DNA of 64,000 nucleotides from Mobula hypostoma. Its lineage: Eukaryota. Below are positions 46,701 through 60,489 of this stretch, in pieces. Under the pieces are notes generated by a model, which searched no databases, was not told the DNA's origin, and was given only the letters and a program-made list of their open reading frames with translations. The translations under genes and the position numbers were made by a program. Positions within the stretch are counted from its first letter, which is position 1. Every line of letters begins with the position of its first letter. The stretch lies in the NCBI RefSeq assembly GCF_963921235.1, contig NC_086120.1:8680001-8744000 (forward strand). The letters run 5' to 3'.

Positions 46701-47485
46701 GATTTTCCAGTCCTCCAAAATCATCCCAGAATCTAAGGATTCTTGAAAAATGACTACTAATGTCTCCACAATTTTTAAACTACCTCTTTCAGAACCCTGT
46801 GGTGCAGTCCATCTGGATCAAACGGCTTGTCATTCAGGCCCAGGTAGCTTATCCGAATTCAGCATTCTGTGTGTCTTTTGAAAGGAGCACAGTATATTGC
46901 AAACACGAATATATATACATCTCGTATATTGCAAACACTCTTGGAATTCCTTTTGCCACCTGCAAGCCCACTAATCAGCCACTCTGTATTTTCATCCAAG
47001 TCATTTTCTGTACATCATTAAAAACAGAGGTCCCAGCACTGATACCTGTGGAACACCAATGGCCAAAGCCCTCAAATTGGATTTTGCCCCTCCACTATTA
47101 CACTCTGTCTTTTAAGGCAAACTAATTTTAAATCCAGTCCACAAGTCATCATGGATTAATGTGAATTAATCTTCTACATCAGGCTACCCTGAAGGAGTTT
47201 ATCAAAAATTTACATAGACAACATTTCTTGCTCTCACCCCATAAATCACCTTTGTCAACTCTTCTATTCTGTAAGGCATAATCTGCCTTGCACTAAACCA
47301 TCCTGATTGATACTAATACCTCTAAGTCCATACTTTTCCAAATACAACTATATCCAATAGCTAAGATTCCTCTCCAATAGTTTTGCAAGCTGGAAGGAGG
47401 AACCCTGCGCTTTCTCTCCTTTCACCGCTTTTACTGGATTTACTCATCTTGTGAGGGAAGGTGAGGCTTGAATCCGCTGGGGTAT

Positions 47486-48042
47486 CCGCAGTTTTGGTCC
47501 CCTAATCTGAGGAAAGACATCTTTGCCATAGAGGGAGTACAAAGAAGGTTCACCAGATTGATTCCTGGGATGGCAGGACTTTCATATGAAGAAAGACTGG
47601 ATGAACTGGGCTTGTACTCGTTGGAATTTAGAAGATTGAGGGGGGATCTGATTGAAACATATAAGATCCTAAAGGGATTGGACAGGCTAGATGCAGGAAG
47701 ATTGTTCCCGATGTTGGGGAAGTCCAGAACGAGGGGCCACAGTTTGAGGATAGAGGGGAAGCCTTTTAGGACCGAGATTAGGAAAAACTTCTTCACACAG
47801 AGAGTGGTGAATCTGTGGAATTCTCTGCCACAAGAAACAGTTGAGGCCAGTTCATTGGCTATATTTAAGAGGGAGTTAGATATGGCCCTTGTGGCTACGG
47901 GGGTCAGGGGGTATGGAGGGAAGGCTGGGGCGGGGTTCTGAGTTGGATGATCAGCCATGATCATAATAAATGGCGGTGCAGGCTCAAAGGGCCGAATGGC
48001 CTACTCCTGCACCTATTTTCTATGTTTTCTATGTTTCTATGT
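47486..48042 (+). mobile_element. Young 5'-truncated CR1 insertion
   Basis: Uninterrupted ORF2 C-terminus (QFWSPNLRKDIFAIEGVQRRFTRLIPGM..), 3' UTR and (TTTCTATG)n tail. Absent from the paralogous block at 54.86 kb. Confidence 0.9.
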
Positions 48043-49934
48043 AATGAACACTGAGAGGGAGATTGATTAGTTCATCAGCTGCTGACGGGTCTAGCCAGGG
48101 TGGCTATGGACAGGATGTTTCCTCTTGTTGGCAATCTAAAGCAAGATTTCAAATTCAGGGACTGTCCATTTAGGACAGATGTTAGAGAAGTTTGTTTCGA
48201 AGCAAAATCAGTTGATACTTTCAAATCAGGAAGAGGATGAAAGGTTACCTGGAACATGGAGTATTGGGACATGAAGGTTTCAATAAGATCAGCCATAACA
48301 TTATTGAATATCAGAGAAGGTTCAAAGGGCTGAGCGATTGACTTCATCTAAATCAATATTCACGTGGAAATTTACCTTCTTGCATTCATGACACATCACT
48401 GACTGGAAGATTGCACATGACCAAGCAATACTGAGCCACGAGATTAATTAATGCCTAACTAAACAATTCCTTTCTGCCTACACAATGTTTATATGCCTTC
48501 CTTCTCTGCACATTATTGTGCCTACCTAAGACCCACTTAAATGCCTCATTTCATATTTGCCTCCACTACAACTCCAGCGGTGCATTCTAGGTACTCACCA
48601 TTTTTGGATAGATTTAATATAAAAGGATGTATCTATGCAATAATCATTTATGGAGATGTATAGACCAAGAAGGTGCACATTTTAATTCCTCTTCCAAAAT
48701 GAATCAATTGATCATCCAAGGAGAATGCAGTTGTTTCAGCCAAAGTCCTTACTCAGGATGTCCACACGCTTGCTCACTATCAGTAACCCTGATTGCTGGC
48801 TGTTTGAGGAGGGAAACAATTGGCCATATAGATTCACTTGCCCTTCTCTGCCCACATTCACTGTCCAGATTCCCATGGGAGGAGTTGTCACTGGCTCAGA
48901 TGCTCGTGATACCCTCAGAGAAAGAGGAAAAATCGGACCACACAAACACAGGTGCAAATTGTGGATATACAGTCATTCTTCTCAGTGACATCAGATATAG
49001 AATTCTCTTCTGAGGCTACTTCCTGTATGCCCTTACTCGTTAAAGCTGGGCATGTCCGAGAAATGACAGAGATGCGACCAGGTTTTGGTTCCTGGATCTC
49101 CAGGTCTGAAAATCACAGCATAGCAATGTCCATAGGTCAAATGTTGGTACAAAACAAGGTCATTATGTGAAGAGTAGCCACCCTTCCTGTTCCCAACCTG
49201 AAAGGTAAGATTCTTTCTTTGAGAGATTTTGATCCAAATTTTCATCAACATCCAAGAAGTACTATGCAATGTGTGAAATATTTCAGAAGATTGAATTTTG
49301 ACCCGTTCTGGCCATTACGGATATAAAAATTTGCTTGATGTGTAACAAACACAACTGAGAATGAGATAACTGTATAATGATCCATATTTGCCATGGTCAA
49401 TCACAGGATATTTAAGACCTTCCTTCATTAAATATGTATTTATTGAAATAATGTTCACAATTCATGAGTCTGTCAATTTCAAATCAAGTATGTTCCTCAC
49501 ATGTGTCATCTTTCCTGTCTTGGCTCACTAGAATCTTAAGCAAGACTGAGTTGGCAGGGTTTCTGTCTAAGATGCAATTTATTAACTTTACTGAATCCAT
49601 ATTTCCACTGATACTTATGTGAATTGTAATGTGGTCAGCACAAACGAGGTAGAGTGAGAGCATTAAGAGTGTGGTGAAAGGATCCTGAGACTCGAATGTG
49701 AACTCCCATCTGGAATGGCCAGTACTGACATCACTTCCCTCGTTGCTAAAAGTAAAGAAATCTGGTTGTGTGGGATTGTTTCCTGGAGCTCTGTCTCCTG
49801 AGAAATGCATTGTCACCCTTATGATACACAGGTGGTTCCACAACACTGTTACCCATTATCTGCCTATCAAACTATTTACTTATTTGTTTATTTAGTTACT
49901 TATCTATCTATCTGTTTATTTATTTATGTACCAG

Positions 49935-51480
49935 TATTACAGTGGAGTAAAGGGAATTACAGAGGCATTGAGAGGAGCTGACCAAAATCGATAGCAGAAG
50001 AACTCTGGCAGAGATGATGGCAACATAGCAATAGATGGACATTCTGGGAGCAATTTGGAAGGTGTGGGATAAATATATCCCAATAGGAAAAAACATCCTA
50101 AAGGAAGGGCAACACAACCGTGACTGACGAAAAAAGTCAAAGCCACAATAAAAGCCAAACTGAGAGCATATAGTAGAGCAAAAGTTAGTGGAAAATTAGA
50201 GTATTGGGAAGGTTTTTAAAATCAACAGAAGCCAATGAAAAAGTCACAAAGAAAGAAAAAATGGGATACGAAGGTAAGCTAGCCAATAATGTTAAAGAAG
50301 ACATCAAAAGTTTCTTTTGATACGTAAAGTGCAAGAGAGAGGCAAGAGAAAATATTGGCCTGCTGAAAAATGATGCTGGAGAGGTAGTAATGAGGGACAA
50401 GGAAATGGCAGATGACCTGAATAAGTATTTTGCCTAAGCCTTCACTGTGGAAGACACTGGCAGTGTGAAGGAACTTTGTTTGAGTCATGTGGCAGAAGTA
50501 TGTAAACTTGCCATTACTAGGGAGAAGATTCTTGGGAAACTGAAAGGTCTGAAGGTAGGTAAGTCACCGGGACCAGATGGTATACACCCCAGGGTTCTGA
50601 AAGAGGTCACTGAAGAGATTTTAGAGGCATTCATAGTGATCTTTCAAGAATCAATTGATTTTGGTATGGTACCAGAGGAATGGAAAATTGCAAATGTCAT
50701 TCCATTCTTCAAGAAAGGAGAGAAGCAAAGGAAAGGAAATTATTGGCTGGTTAGTCTAACCTCAGTGATTGGGAAGATGTTGGAGTCGATTGTTGAAGCG
50801 CTGGTTTTGGGGTACTTGGAGTTAGGCGATCAAATAGGCCTTAGTCAGCATGGTTTTATTAAGGGAAAACCTGGCCTGATAATTCTGTCGGAATTCTTTG
50901 AAGAAATAACAAGCAGGTTAGACAAAGGAGAATTGCATGTTGTGCACTTAGATTTTCAGAAGGCCTTTGACAAGATGCCACGCATGAGGCCACTTCACAG
51001 GTTAAGAGCCATGGTATGACAAGTAAGATACCAGCATGGATGGAGGATTGGCTGATTGGCAGGAGGCAAAGATGGGGAATAAAGGAAGACTTTTCTGGTG
51101 GACTGCTTGTGACTCATGCTGTTCCACAGGGGTCTGTGTTGGAACCGCTTCTTTTTACGTTGTATGCCAATGACTTAGATGCTGGAATTGCTGGTTTTGT
51201 GGCCAGCTTTGTGAACAATATGAAGGTAGGTGGAGGGCAGGTAGTTTTGAGCAAGTAGGGAGCCTACACAATGACTTAGACAGATTAGGAGAGTGGGCAA
51301 AGTGGCAGTTGGAGTATAGTGTCAGGAAGTGTCTGGTCATGCATGTTGGTAGAAGAAATAAAAGGATAGACTATTTTCTAAATGGAGAGAAATTTTAAAA
51401 ATCTGAGGTGCAAAAAGACTTGGGAGTCTTTCTGCAGGATTTCCTAAAAGTTAATTTGCAAGTTGAGTCAGCAGTGAAGA
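49935..51480 (+). mobile_element. CR1 LINE ORF2 internal (RT) relic
   Basis: KSPGPDGIHPRVLKEV..WKIANVIPFFKKG..LVSLTSVIGKMLESI..QHGFIKGK..LDFQKAFDK; QGSVL.PLLF.LY.NDLD. Confidence 0.85.
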
Positions 51481-51499
51481 AGACAAATACACAAGCATA

Positions 51500-53280
51500 T
51501 TCTAGCAGTCTACTATCCAGGGCCGTAGCACAGATAAGATTATAGAGGTGTACCTTAGGAACTTGGATTCTTTCAGCCAGTCTGATATCCAAAAAATCCC
51601 CTGATGAGGCAGATTCTTCCAAGGATCTCATAGAATGTTGATATTTCCCCCAACATCATAGGTATAGTAAAACCTTCCAGAACTTGAGAAAGCGGAAGAG
51701 AGTCTTGAGGCTAACGTTAAGATTTTTTCACTCACTGGACAGTCATTGGAGTTTTCCCAACAACCTGGGGCAGATGACTTGGAAGGGGCCAGCTTTACCA
51801 CACTACTAGCAACACCTCTGCCTCATACGTGCCTCTCTCTCTCTGCTGGGGAGACATGGGTTCTTCCAAGTTACATGGGACTTTCGAGAGATGACTGCAG
51901 GGATCTGCTTTGGCTCTCAGATTGAGGAACCGGAGTAGGCATTGAGTATTTCTGTGAACCAGCCACCTGGGTGAACTCACCACAACTCTCCAGCCTTCTT
52001 TCAGAAATATGATTGTCAATCCTTATGGTCATGTCCATAAATTCCTCCAAATACTCTGCCTGGACCCTGGACACAAAAACATCTCTAAACTGGTCATTTA
52101 TTTAGATTTTAGATTAGATTATGAGGACACACAGTCCTTGTTTATTGTCATTTAGTAATGCAATCATTAAGAAATGATACAATGTTCCTCCAGTATGATA
52201 TCACAGAAACACAAGACAGACCAAGACTAAAAAACTAACAAAAACCACATAATTATAACATATAGTTACAACAGTCCAAAGCAATACCGTAATTTGATAA
52301 AGAACAGACCACGGGCACGGTAAAAAAAAGTCTCAAAGTCTTGATAGTCCCATCATCTCACGCCAACGGTAGAAGGAAGAAAACTTTCCCTGCCATGAAC
52401 CTCCAGCGCCACAAACTTGCTGATGCAGCATCCTGGAAGCACCTGACCATCGCCGACTCTTGAGTCCGTCCGAAAACTTCGAGCCTCCGATCAACCCTCG
52501 GACACAGAGCACTGAGCACCATCTCTGCCGAGCGCTTCAACCCTGGCCCTGGCCGCCAATCAACAGGCAAAGCTGAGGGTTTGGGGCCTTCCCCGCCGGA
52601 GACTCTCGATCGCTCAGTAGCAGCGGCAGCGAAGCGGGCATTTCAGAAGTTTCTCCAGATGTTCCTCCGTGATTCTCACATCTGTCTCCATCAAATCAGA
52701 ATTGTGCACAGTACCCTACTTAACAAATACAGATATTTTGTCGCGCCGCTATCTTCTACTCCCCTATTTAATCCCTTTATAAACATTATCCCACCTGCTC
52801 TCTGCCACAAGGATACAGAAATCAATGGAATAGTCAGCCATGGACCACACTCCCTGATGTAGCTGTTGAAGTCTGCTGGCTTCCTCTGGGACCCTGCAGG
52901 ATGACAGAATATTCTCCTCATCATTCTTTGAAATAGCTTTATATCAGAATACACAGCAGCATCCTTCTCCCATAAAGCCATTGCCCATGAAAGGGTTTTG
53001 CCCGAGAGGAGGGAGATTATATCGGCCTCCTTACACCTGTCAGAAGGGAACCCTGCAAGTTCTAACTCAAAGACTACGGAGCACTGATTTAAGAACTTGT
53101 GGCAAGATTCAGTGTCCCCGTTGTATTGCTCCAGGGCAGTAGATTAATTGAAACTCCATGGTAGTTCTGGGAACACATTGCAGTACACACAGGCAAGTGT
53201 GTGAAACCAGAGACCTTCTGCAATGATGCAAGTATTTCATGGAGATGCTGTTCATGCCGTCAATCCCCACTGTGTCCTGC
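51500..53280 (-). mobile_element. Sushi-type Ty3/Gypsy relic B (gag + protease), interrupted at 52106-52760; probable LTR begins at 53281
   Basis: LEQYNGDTESCHKFLNQCSVVFELE..FPSDRCK..IISLLSGKTLSWAMALWEK..RRIFCHP; LEEFMDMTIRIDNHISERR; SLEESASSGDFLD. Confidence 0.8.
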
Positions 53281-56200
53281 TGTCATAACATTCAGACGAA
53301 TGAACCCGAGTACAGAGTAAACTCAGGACTCTACAGATAGAAGGAATTAATGATGAATATTTATTTGGGGAATAATATCAAGAATAATCAAATGAAGAGC
53401 TCACTTACTCAGGACTCAAGCTCACAGAATGAAAATCCAGGACTCAGGAATGAGCGCTGGTCCAGAATAACCTTAAATGGAACATAAAACGCAAGATACC
53501 CATGCGGTCAAAATCAAAAACTAATCATCCAAGAACAAGAAGCACAGGTAACCATATTGACATGACAAGCATCCTGAAAAACACAATCAGCTTAATGATA
53601 GAAGTTGTGATTAAAATAACTCCAATAAACACAAATAATTGACGTTCAGATGCATCGAGACCTGCCGCTTCCCGACGCCCGTCGCTGTTCTGAAGGGTTC
53701 ATCATGCACATGCACACACACACAAACCTGTCTACCTAGTTTATTTATTTGTATTTATTTAAGGATACAGAGTGGAAAGGCCCTTCCAGCTCTTCGATCC
53801 ATGTAGCCCAGCAACCCCTGATTTAACCATAACCTTATCAAGGGACAATTTACAATGACCAGTAAACCTACTAAAAGAGTTAGAAACCAGCCTGGCCAAA
53901 CAAATTGTGTTACTGTTATGGCAGGGGCTCACATAAACCAGACTAAGTGTCTCCAAGTACCCCAAAAGCTCATCCTTAAGGATGGACTCTAATACCTTGC
54001 CAACCACTGGATATAATTTCCTGTCTTTTGCATCACTCCCTTCTTAAGGAGTGGACTGCCATTTGCAATTTTCAGTCCACCAATGCTATTGCAGAATCCA
54101 ATGAATCTTGAAAATAACTACAAATTCCACCACAATCTTATCAGCTACCTTTTCAGAACCCTAGGATGTAGTCCATTTAATCCAAGTGGCTTATCTATCA
54201 GGACCAAGTAGCTTATCTCAATTCAGCATTCTGTGTTTCTGTTCAAAGGAGCTCTGCTAAGATCACATCTGATACACTGCTAACACTTTCCGTATTCCTT
54301 TTACCATCTGTAAGCCCACAAATCAGCCACTCTGTATTTTCATCCAAATCATTTACGGTACATTGTAAACAACAGAGGTGCAAGCACTAATCCATGTGGA
54401 ACACCACTGGTCATAGTCCTCCAATCTGGATATTGCCCTTCCATCACTACCCTCCGTCTGCCGTGGCCAATCAATTTTCAATCTAGTCTAGAAAGTCATC
54501 ATGGATCCCAAGTGAATTAATCTTCTGGATCAGGTTTCCTGACGGAGCTTGTCAAATACTGTTCAAAAATTTACAAACTCAAAATTGGCTGCTCTACGCT
54601 GATCAATCACCTTTGTCACCTCCTTAAAGACCACAGTCGTTTTTTTAAGGCATGATCTGCCCTGCACAAAGCCAGCCTGCTCCAATAAACCCATGCTTTG
54701 TAATAAGCCCATGCTTTTACAAATGTAACTAAATCTTGTCCCTAGGTTGCCTCTCCAGTAGTTTTGCCAACGACAGGAAGAAATGCTGCTTCCTCTCCTC
54801 CTTTCTCCCCTTTTACTAAATTCAGTACTCTGATAAGTATATCATCTTGTGAGGGAAGGTGAGGTCTGTATCCACTGCAATTTTGAAGTCTTAGAGGGAA
54901 ATTGATTGGATCGCCATTTCTGAAGAGGACTTATCAAGATGGCAATGGACAAGGTGTTGGCGTTTAAAACTCAGGGGCTGCCTATTAAGGACAGATGTAA
55001 AACTAAGTTTGTTTCTCTCTCAGAGAAAAATAAACCTTTGGAACAATTTTCTTTCTCAAGAGGCTGTGGAATCAGATTCAATTCATATTTTTAGATCTGT
55101 AAGAGGTGAAAGGTTACCTGGAACATGGAGTAATGAGATATTAACGCAAACCCAATGTTATTGAATGGCAGAGCAAGTTCAAAGGGCTGAGCAATTTAAT
55201 TCCCTCATAAATCAATCAGGAAATCCACCGACTTTCATTCCTGACTGATCACAGATCTCAGCTGACGAAGCAATACTGGACCTCACTTCAAAATAGGTCC
55301 CACACAACAAGCCTTTGGACCATTCTGACCTAATCTGTTCAATTAATGGCCAAGTGGCAGCTCAGATCTGATTGGCAGGCGCTCGTGGAATCTTCCTTCC
55401 CATCACAAGGAACAGAGTCGGACTACTCCATCTTTAGTGGAGTTATCAGGAGCTGTGTGGATGTTTCAATACCCACAATACTGACTGCAAGTTAAGCAGC
55501 AATCTTGCCTATAGGAAGGGTTTACCTTTCTGACTGCTCCCTCATTCACTATATTTAGACATACCTCACGTTCAGTTTCCTACAGCACACACATTACAGC
55601 CCAACTTCCTGGGAAAGAAAATACATTCACCAAACAATCATAATGTCATGGCCAAGACCCAACAATCCCATCAGAGAAATCTCACACCAACCTTTTCCCA
55701 GTTAGTGATATATTAGTGCCCTCTACAGGAGGAAAAACTATCATTTGTAGTAATTTTACACTGAAAAATGTCAGTAATTAAACATTACAATAGAAACTGC
55801 AATTGTTATTTAGCAAAACAGAATGAGGCCAATCAGCACATTAGGATCATTTCAGCTACCAACAGAGTAACTCCATTGATGCCAGATCTATTCTCCTAAC
55901 ATATACCACTGAGGTGCAATCTGCAGTACCATATCTGCACTGTGCAAGGAAAATAGAACATCACTGGGAAACACAAATGGTCACAGAGAGAACATACAAA
56001 TATCACATGGACAAGCTCAGGATCAAATCCAGGTTGCTAAAGCTGTGAGATATCAGCACTGCACCAGGCCCCTCACATGCTACCTGAGCATCCTCGAGCC
56101 GATCCTCCCAATGCATAGCCCACTGCTTCTGTAGGAAGTACATGGGAAAAAGCGGGAACCTGGGCAGCCTTGGAACTGGTGAGCTCTGATTTACTCTGCA

Positions 56201-56564
56201 CTGTTTTGCCAAAAGCAGCTGCAGTCCAGACTAGTGGGCTGATGAGTTATGGGATAGCGATTGGGGAGTCAGGAGAGAGAGGAATGACAGCAGATTTATT
56301 CCACCCCATTCTCCAGCAGACTGCTGAAAGACAGATTTCACAGCTGATGTGAACATCAGAAACTGTGCAGGCAGTGAAATCCAGTGGTCTGCACCTGGCT
56401 GTCAGCAACATGGATGAGAAGGGATTGAGGTGGAAGAGCTTGAGGCCTGGTGTCAGGCAATTTTTTTTTTACACACAAAGCATGCAATCTATGTGAAGTG
56501 AGCTGCCAGAGGAAGGGGTTGAGACATGTACAATAACAATTTTTTTTTTTGAATTGTTTTGAAA

Positions 56565-59470
56565 CTCTGAGGTATACAGAGAGGAATAAAAAGTTGCAAA
56601 GATGTTATTAATCTCTTTTGGGTTGCTTGTCAAGTTTATCTGTGTGTCTCTTATCTGAGGAATAAGTTGTGATGCAGCTTGTCGCTTCAGCTGATGAGCC
56701 AGAAGCCAGCTCGCCTTGTCACCATGTTCGTAATAGAGGCCACGTGTCTGAAGAATTAATTGTTCTGATAGGTTTATAGATAGAAGATTAAACTTCACTT
56801 GCAAATCAGCCCAGCTTTTATATAATTCTGCAGTGGATGCCTCAGAATATTGCCTATCCAGGTCCAAAATAGATTGCAATAACACTTGCATTTACTTCCT
56901 CCGCGCTTTATTGGCATATGAAGTATAAGATATTATTTGACCCCTCAAGCAAGCTTTTAAAGTTTTCCAAAGTAAAGAGTACCATACCGACTCAGTTTTG
57001 TTAGTCTCAAAGAATGTGTCAATGTTAGCCGATATATAACTACAAAATTTCTCATCGGAAAGCAAAAGGGGGTTAAGTCTCCACAGAGGCCATTCTCTAA
57101 TGTTCAGAGGAAAACATAGGTCTAGTTTCATGGGCAAGTGATGAGATATAACTATAGCAGTGTATTCAATTTGTCTAATCATTGGTATCAAGAAGCTATC
57201 TATAAAGAAATAGTCTAGCCTGGAATCGGAGTGGTGAACATGAGAAAAGAAAGAGAATTGCCTAACTGATGGATTCAAAAATCTCCAAGGATCTACATAA
57301 CCATTTTGTTGCATAAACATCGAGAAGGCCTTTGCCATACCAGAAAATGTTCCCCTAGAGCTAGACCTATCAAGCAGTGGGTCAATAGCACAGTTCAAAT
57401 ATCCTGAAAAGATTAGCTGGTGTGTAGTCAGGTTAGGTATTAATGACAAAACATTATTTGAAAAGTGGACGTTATCCCAATTAGGGGCATAAACATTTAC
57501 CAAATGATAGGTATCTGAAAGAGAGATCCAGAGACTATAACAAAGCGACCATTAGGGTCACTGATTACATCAGATGGTGTAAACTGCATTCTTTTGGTGA
57601 TTAATATTGCCACCCCCCTGGACCTACTATTAAATCTAGAATGAAAAACCTGACTAATCCATGCTTTATGAAGTCTATTATGATCTTCCACTCTTAAATA
57701 TGTCTCTTGTGGAAATAGTATATCTGTTTTTAATTGTTTCAGGTGAGAGAAAACTTTAGCTCTTTTAACAGGACCATTGAACCCCTTTACATTCCAGGAA
57801 ATAATCCTCACAGAATGGCTTCCATCAGCAGCAGTCATGTCAACTATAACAAAAGACACACAGGGCCTACAATCCAAAACAGTGCAAGGGCACAAGTTGC
57901 TCACAATAATGCACAATGAAACGAAAGTCTGGCCAATCCGTAACACACAAAGGAATAAGCTGCCCTGGTAATCCCCCAAAACACTCCCCCCACCCCTTTA
58001 CACAAACAACAAAAAAACCCAATTAACCCCTGAACCCTAGATCTACCTCCCCAATTGAGGATGATCACGGGCATTGCCAAACAAAAAAACTTCCAAAGCG
58101 TTCCCCATACAATCAAACTTTCAATCTAATCTTGGGTGGCTCCCCTCCTTAAAATTTATGCAATCACTTATTCTACCTTTAATATATATAGGCTAAAGAT
58201 AAGACAGGTCAAGCAAAGCACAAAAAAAACAAACAAAAAACTAGGAAACTAAATGCCCGAGATACAACTCACAAATATTTACATTTTGCTGGTTAAAAGT
58301 TTTTGTTAATCAGATTCCTCAGCATAGCAGTTCGACCCAATCGTGTTCCACAAATTAAACTGGAAAAAATGAACAAAGAAGTGGATTGCAATAATTAACA
58401 GTTTACCTTGGCGGGGGGCCCCTTCAATGCTGCATGAATAACCTAAAAAAAGTCATTGCTCTTCTCATTCTTCTTCTCCCCAGCGCGAATGGTAAAACTC
58501 TTTGGCCACCCCTGGTGTATCGAAATAATACTTTTTACCTTCATGCATGACCCGGAGCTGGGCAGGATACAAGAGGCCGAACCTGTCCCCTTTCCCGTAA
58601 AGCAGGGATTTCACCTCCTTGAAAGCTGCTCGTTTTTACCCCAGCTATGCACTAAAATCTTCATGAAAAAACACGCAATATCCGCGGAAATACAGCTCCT
58701 GCTTCCGTCTATTGATGATGCGTTGCCTATCTTGAAAGAAGTGAAAGCAAACCAGGAACGTTCTTGGTCTCGTTTGCTTGGCTCCAGAGACACCGGATGG
58801 TTTACGTCCGACTTGGAGAGCACGAGAATGTATGAGAGGCCTTGGGAAAAAAATTGTCCCCAGCACGTCATCAAAAAACTCGGTCATAAATTTAACAGGA
58901 CCTTCCAACTTTTCAGGAATGCCGACCACTCTCGAACTGGATCTCCACAACCGATTTTCAAGGTCATCTAGCTTTCCCTTCAGAAATGCGTTTTCACTCT
59001 GCAACGTGGCAATAGCGGCTTCGGCACTCACTAGTCGGTCAGTGTAATCACTCAGGCCATCTTCAACCTCATGAATGCGTTCATCATGAGACTCATAATA
59101 AGACCTAATTTGTTCCATGGTAACATTAACCGGTGACAAAGCATCTTCAATTCGCCTTATAGGGCAGAATACACCGCTTGCGTCATGTCAGTAAGAAGTA
59201 CTAAATGAAGCCTCTCCAGGTCATCAGGTAGCGCAGGACCAGGTCCAGCAGCGTGCAACGGTGCCATTACTGTAACATCAGCTTTCTTGCTTGAGGCTTC
59301 GGTATCTTTTTCCCCAGTTTTACATCGAAGGTACATTTTATTTGCCATTTCAGTGTCCAGCAATGTCCGGGCTTTTTCACAATGTTAAATATTCAGTTAT
59401 CGCAAGCATACGGCAAAGACAAACGGGTAGATTTTCAATAAAAATCGGGAGCCACACTCACACGCACCCA
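56565..59470 (-). mobile_element. L1-clade LINE, 5' part (ORF1 + APE endonuclease); RT missing
   Basis: ORF1: coiled coil, then LDDLENR..RSS.RVVGIPE..RA..P...PR..V.FH.FQD. ORF2: ISWNVKG.NGPVKR..QET..D.NGRFVIV.G..NVYAPN..G.LNC..D.WR..FSFFSHVHHS.SRLDYF. Confidence 0.85.
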
Positions 59471-59667
59471 CTCACTCTATCCAAGAACAACGTTTAATAG
59501 AAAGTTGGACAGGTACATGGAATGGAAATGTTTAGAATGTTCTGGACGACACATTGGCAAATGGGACCCAATGGAGACTAGGACGGAGATCTTGGTGGAT
59601 ACGGACCAGTTTGGCCAAAGAAACTGTTACTGTGTAGTATAACGCTACAAGCCTTATGTGTTCAGGA

Positions 59668-59887
59668 CAATATTCACAACACGCTGGAGGAACTCAGCAG
59701 GTCAGGCAGCATCCGTGGAAATGATCAGACAACGTATTGGGCCGGAACCCTTTGTCTGGACTCCTGACGAAGGGATCCGGCCCAAAACATTGACTGATCA
59801 TTTCCACGGATGTTGCCCGACCTGCTGAGTTCCTCCAGCATGTTGTGAGCATTGCTTTGACCCTGGCATCTGCAGAGTATATTGTGT
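59668..59887. mobile_element. Fold-back (palindromic) Penelope-derived short element with a 14-bp TSD
   Basis: Arms of about 90 nt (59669-59759 and 59761-59853) are inverted copies; flanked by TTATGTGTTCAGGA at 59654-67 and 59888-901. Confidence 0.8.
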
Positions 59888-60249
59888 TTATGTGTTCAGG
59901 ATACGTTATCTCCTACATTTTGATATCTTACAATTGCCCGGTCCCAAATGGTATTTTTCTACCATGAGTGTTACAATTCACCGGATGCTGAAGCAGCCAT
60001 ATACACAACATGGCTACAAAAGCAGATCAGAGGTTGGAATCCTGTATCGAGTAACTCACCTCCTAACTCACCAAATCCTGTCCACCACCTTCAAGGTTCA
60101 GGTAGGTAGTGTGATGGAATGCTGTCCAGTTGTCTGGATGAGAACAGCTTCAACAACACTCAAGAAGCTCAAAAGCATGAGTACTCACATGGGCCCAGTT
60201 ATGCCAGTCTTTTTGTTGGCTGTGTGGAACAGTCCTCATTCCAAACCTA

Positions 60250-60450
60250 CTCAGGCATCGCTCCCCAACTTTTTCCATTACATTGACAAATGCAACAGTG
60301 CTGTATTCTGATTTCATGTAGAACTTGTCAATTTCACCATTTTTGCCACATATTTCTACACTGTCCTTAAACAATGATAAATCTTATTATCACCCAACAA
60401 TACTTCTTGTGAAACAAAGTAGCTAATGTGCTCAACACTGACCTACCTTT
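60250..60450 (-). pseudogene. USP35: Second USP35 retrocopy fragment (segmental duplicate of about 2770-2950)
   Basis: ISYFVSQEVLLGDNKIYHC..AKMVKLT, versus recalled USP35 VNYFLSPEKLTAENRYYC..AEKVVEL. DNA is homologous to 2770-2940. Confidence 0.6.
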
Positions 60451-60489
60451 TCCTCAGTCACACATTTTGCCCCAGCAAACTACTGTAAA

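Noticed and set aside
47468-47941. Clean 157-aa ORF
   Set aside because: It is the C-terminus of CR1 ORF2 in a young truncated insertion, not a host gene.
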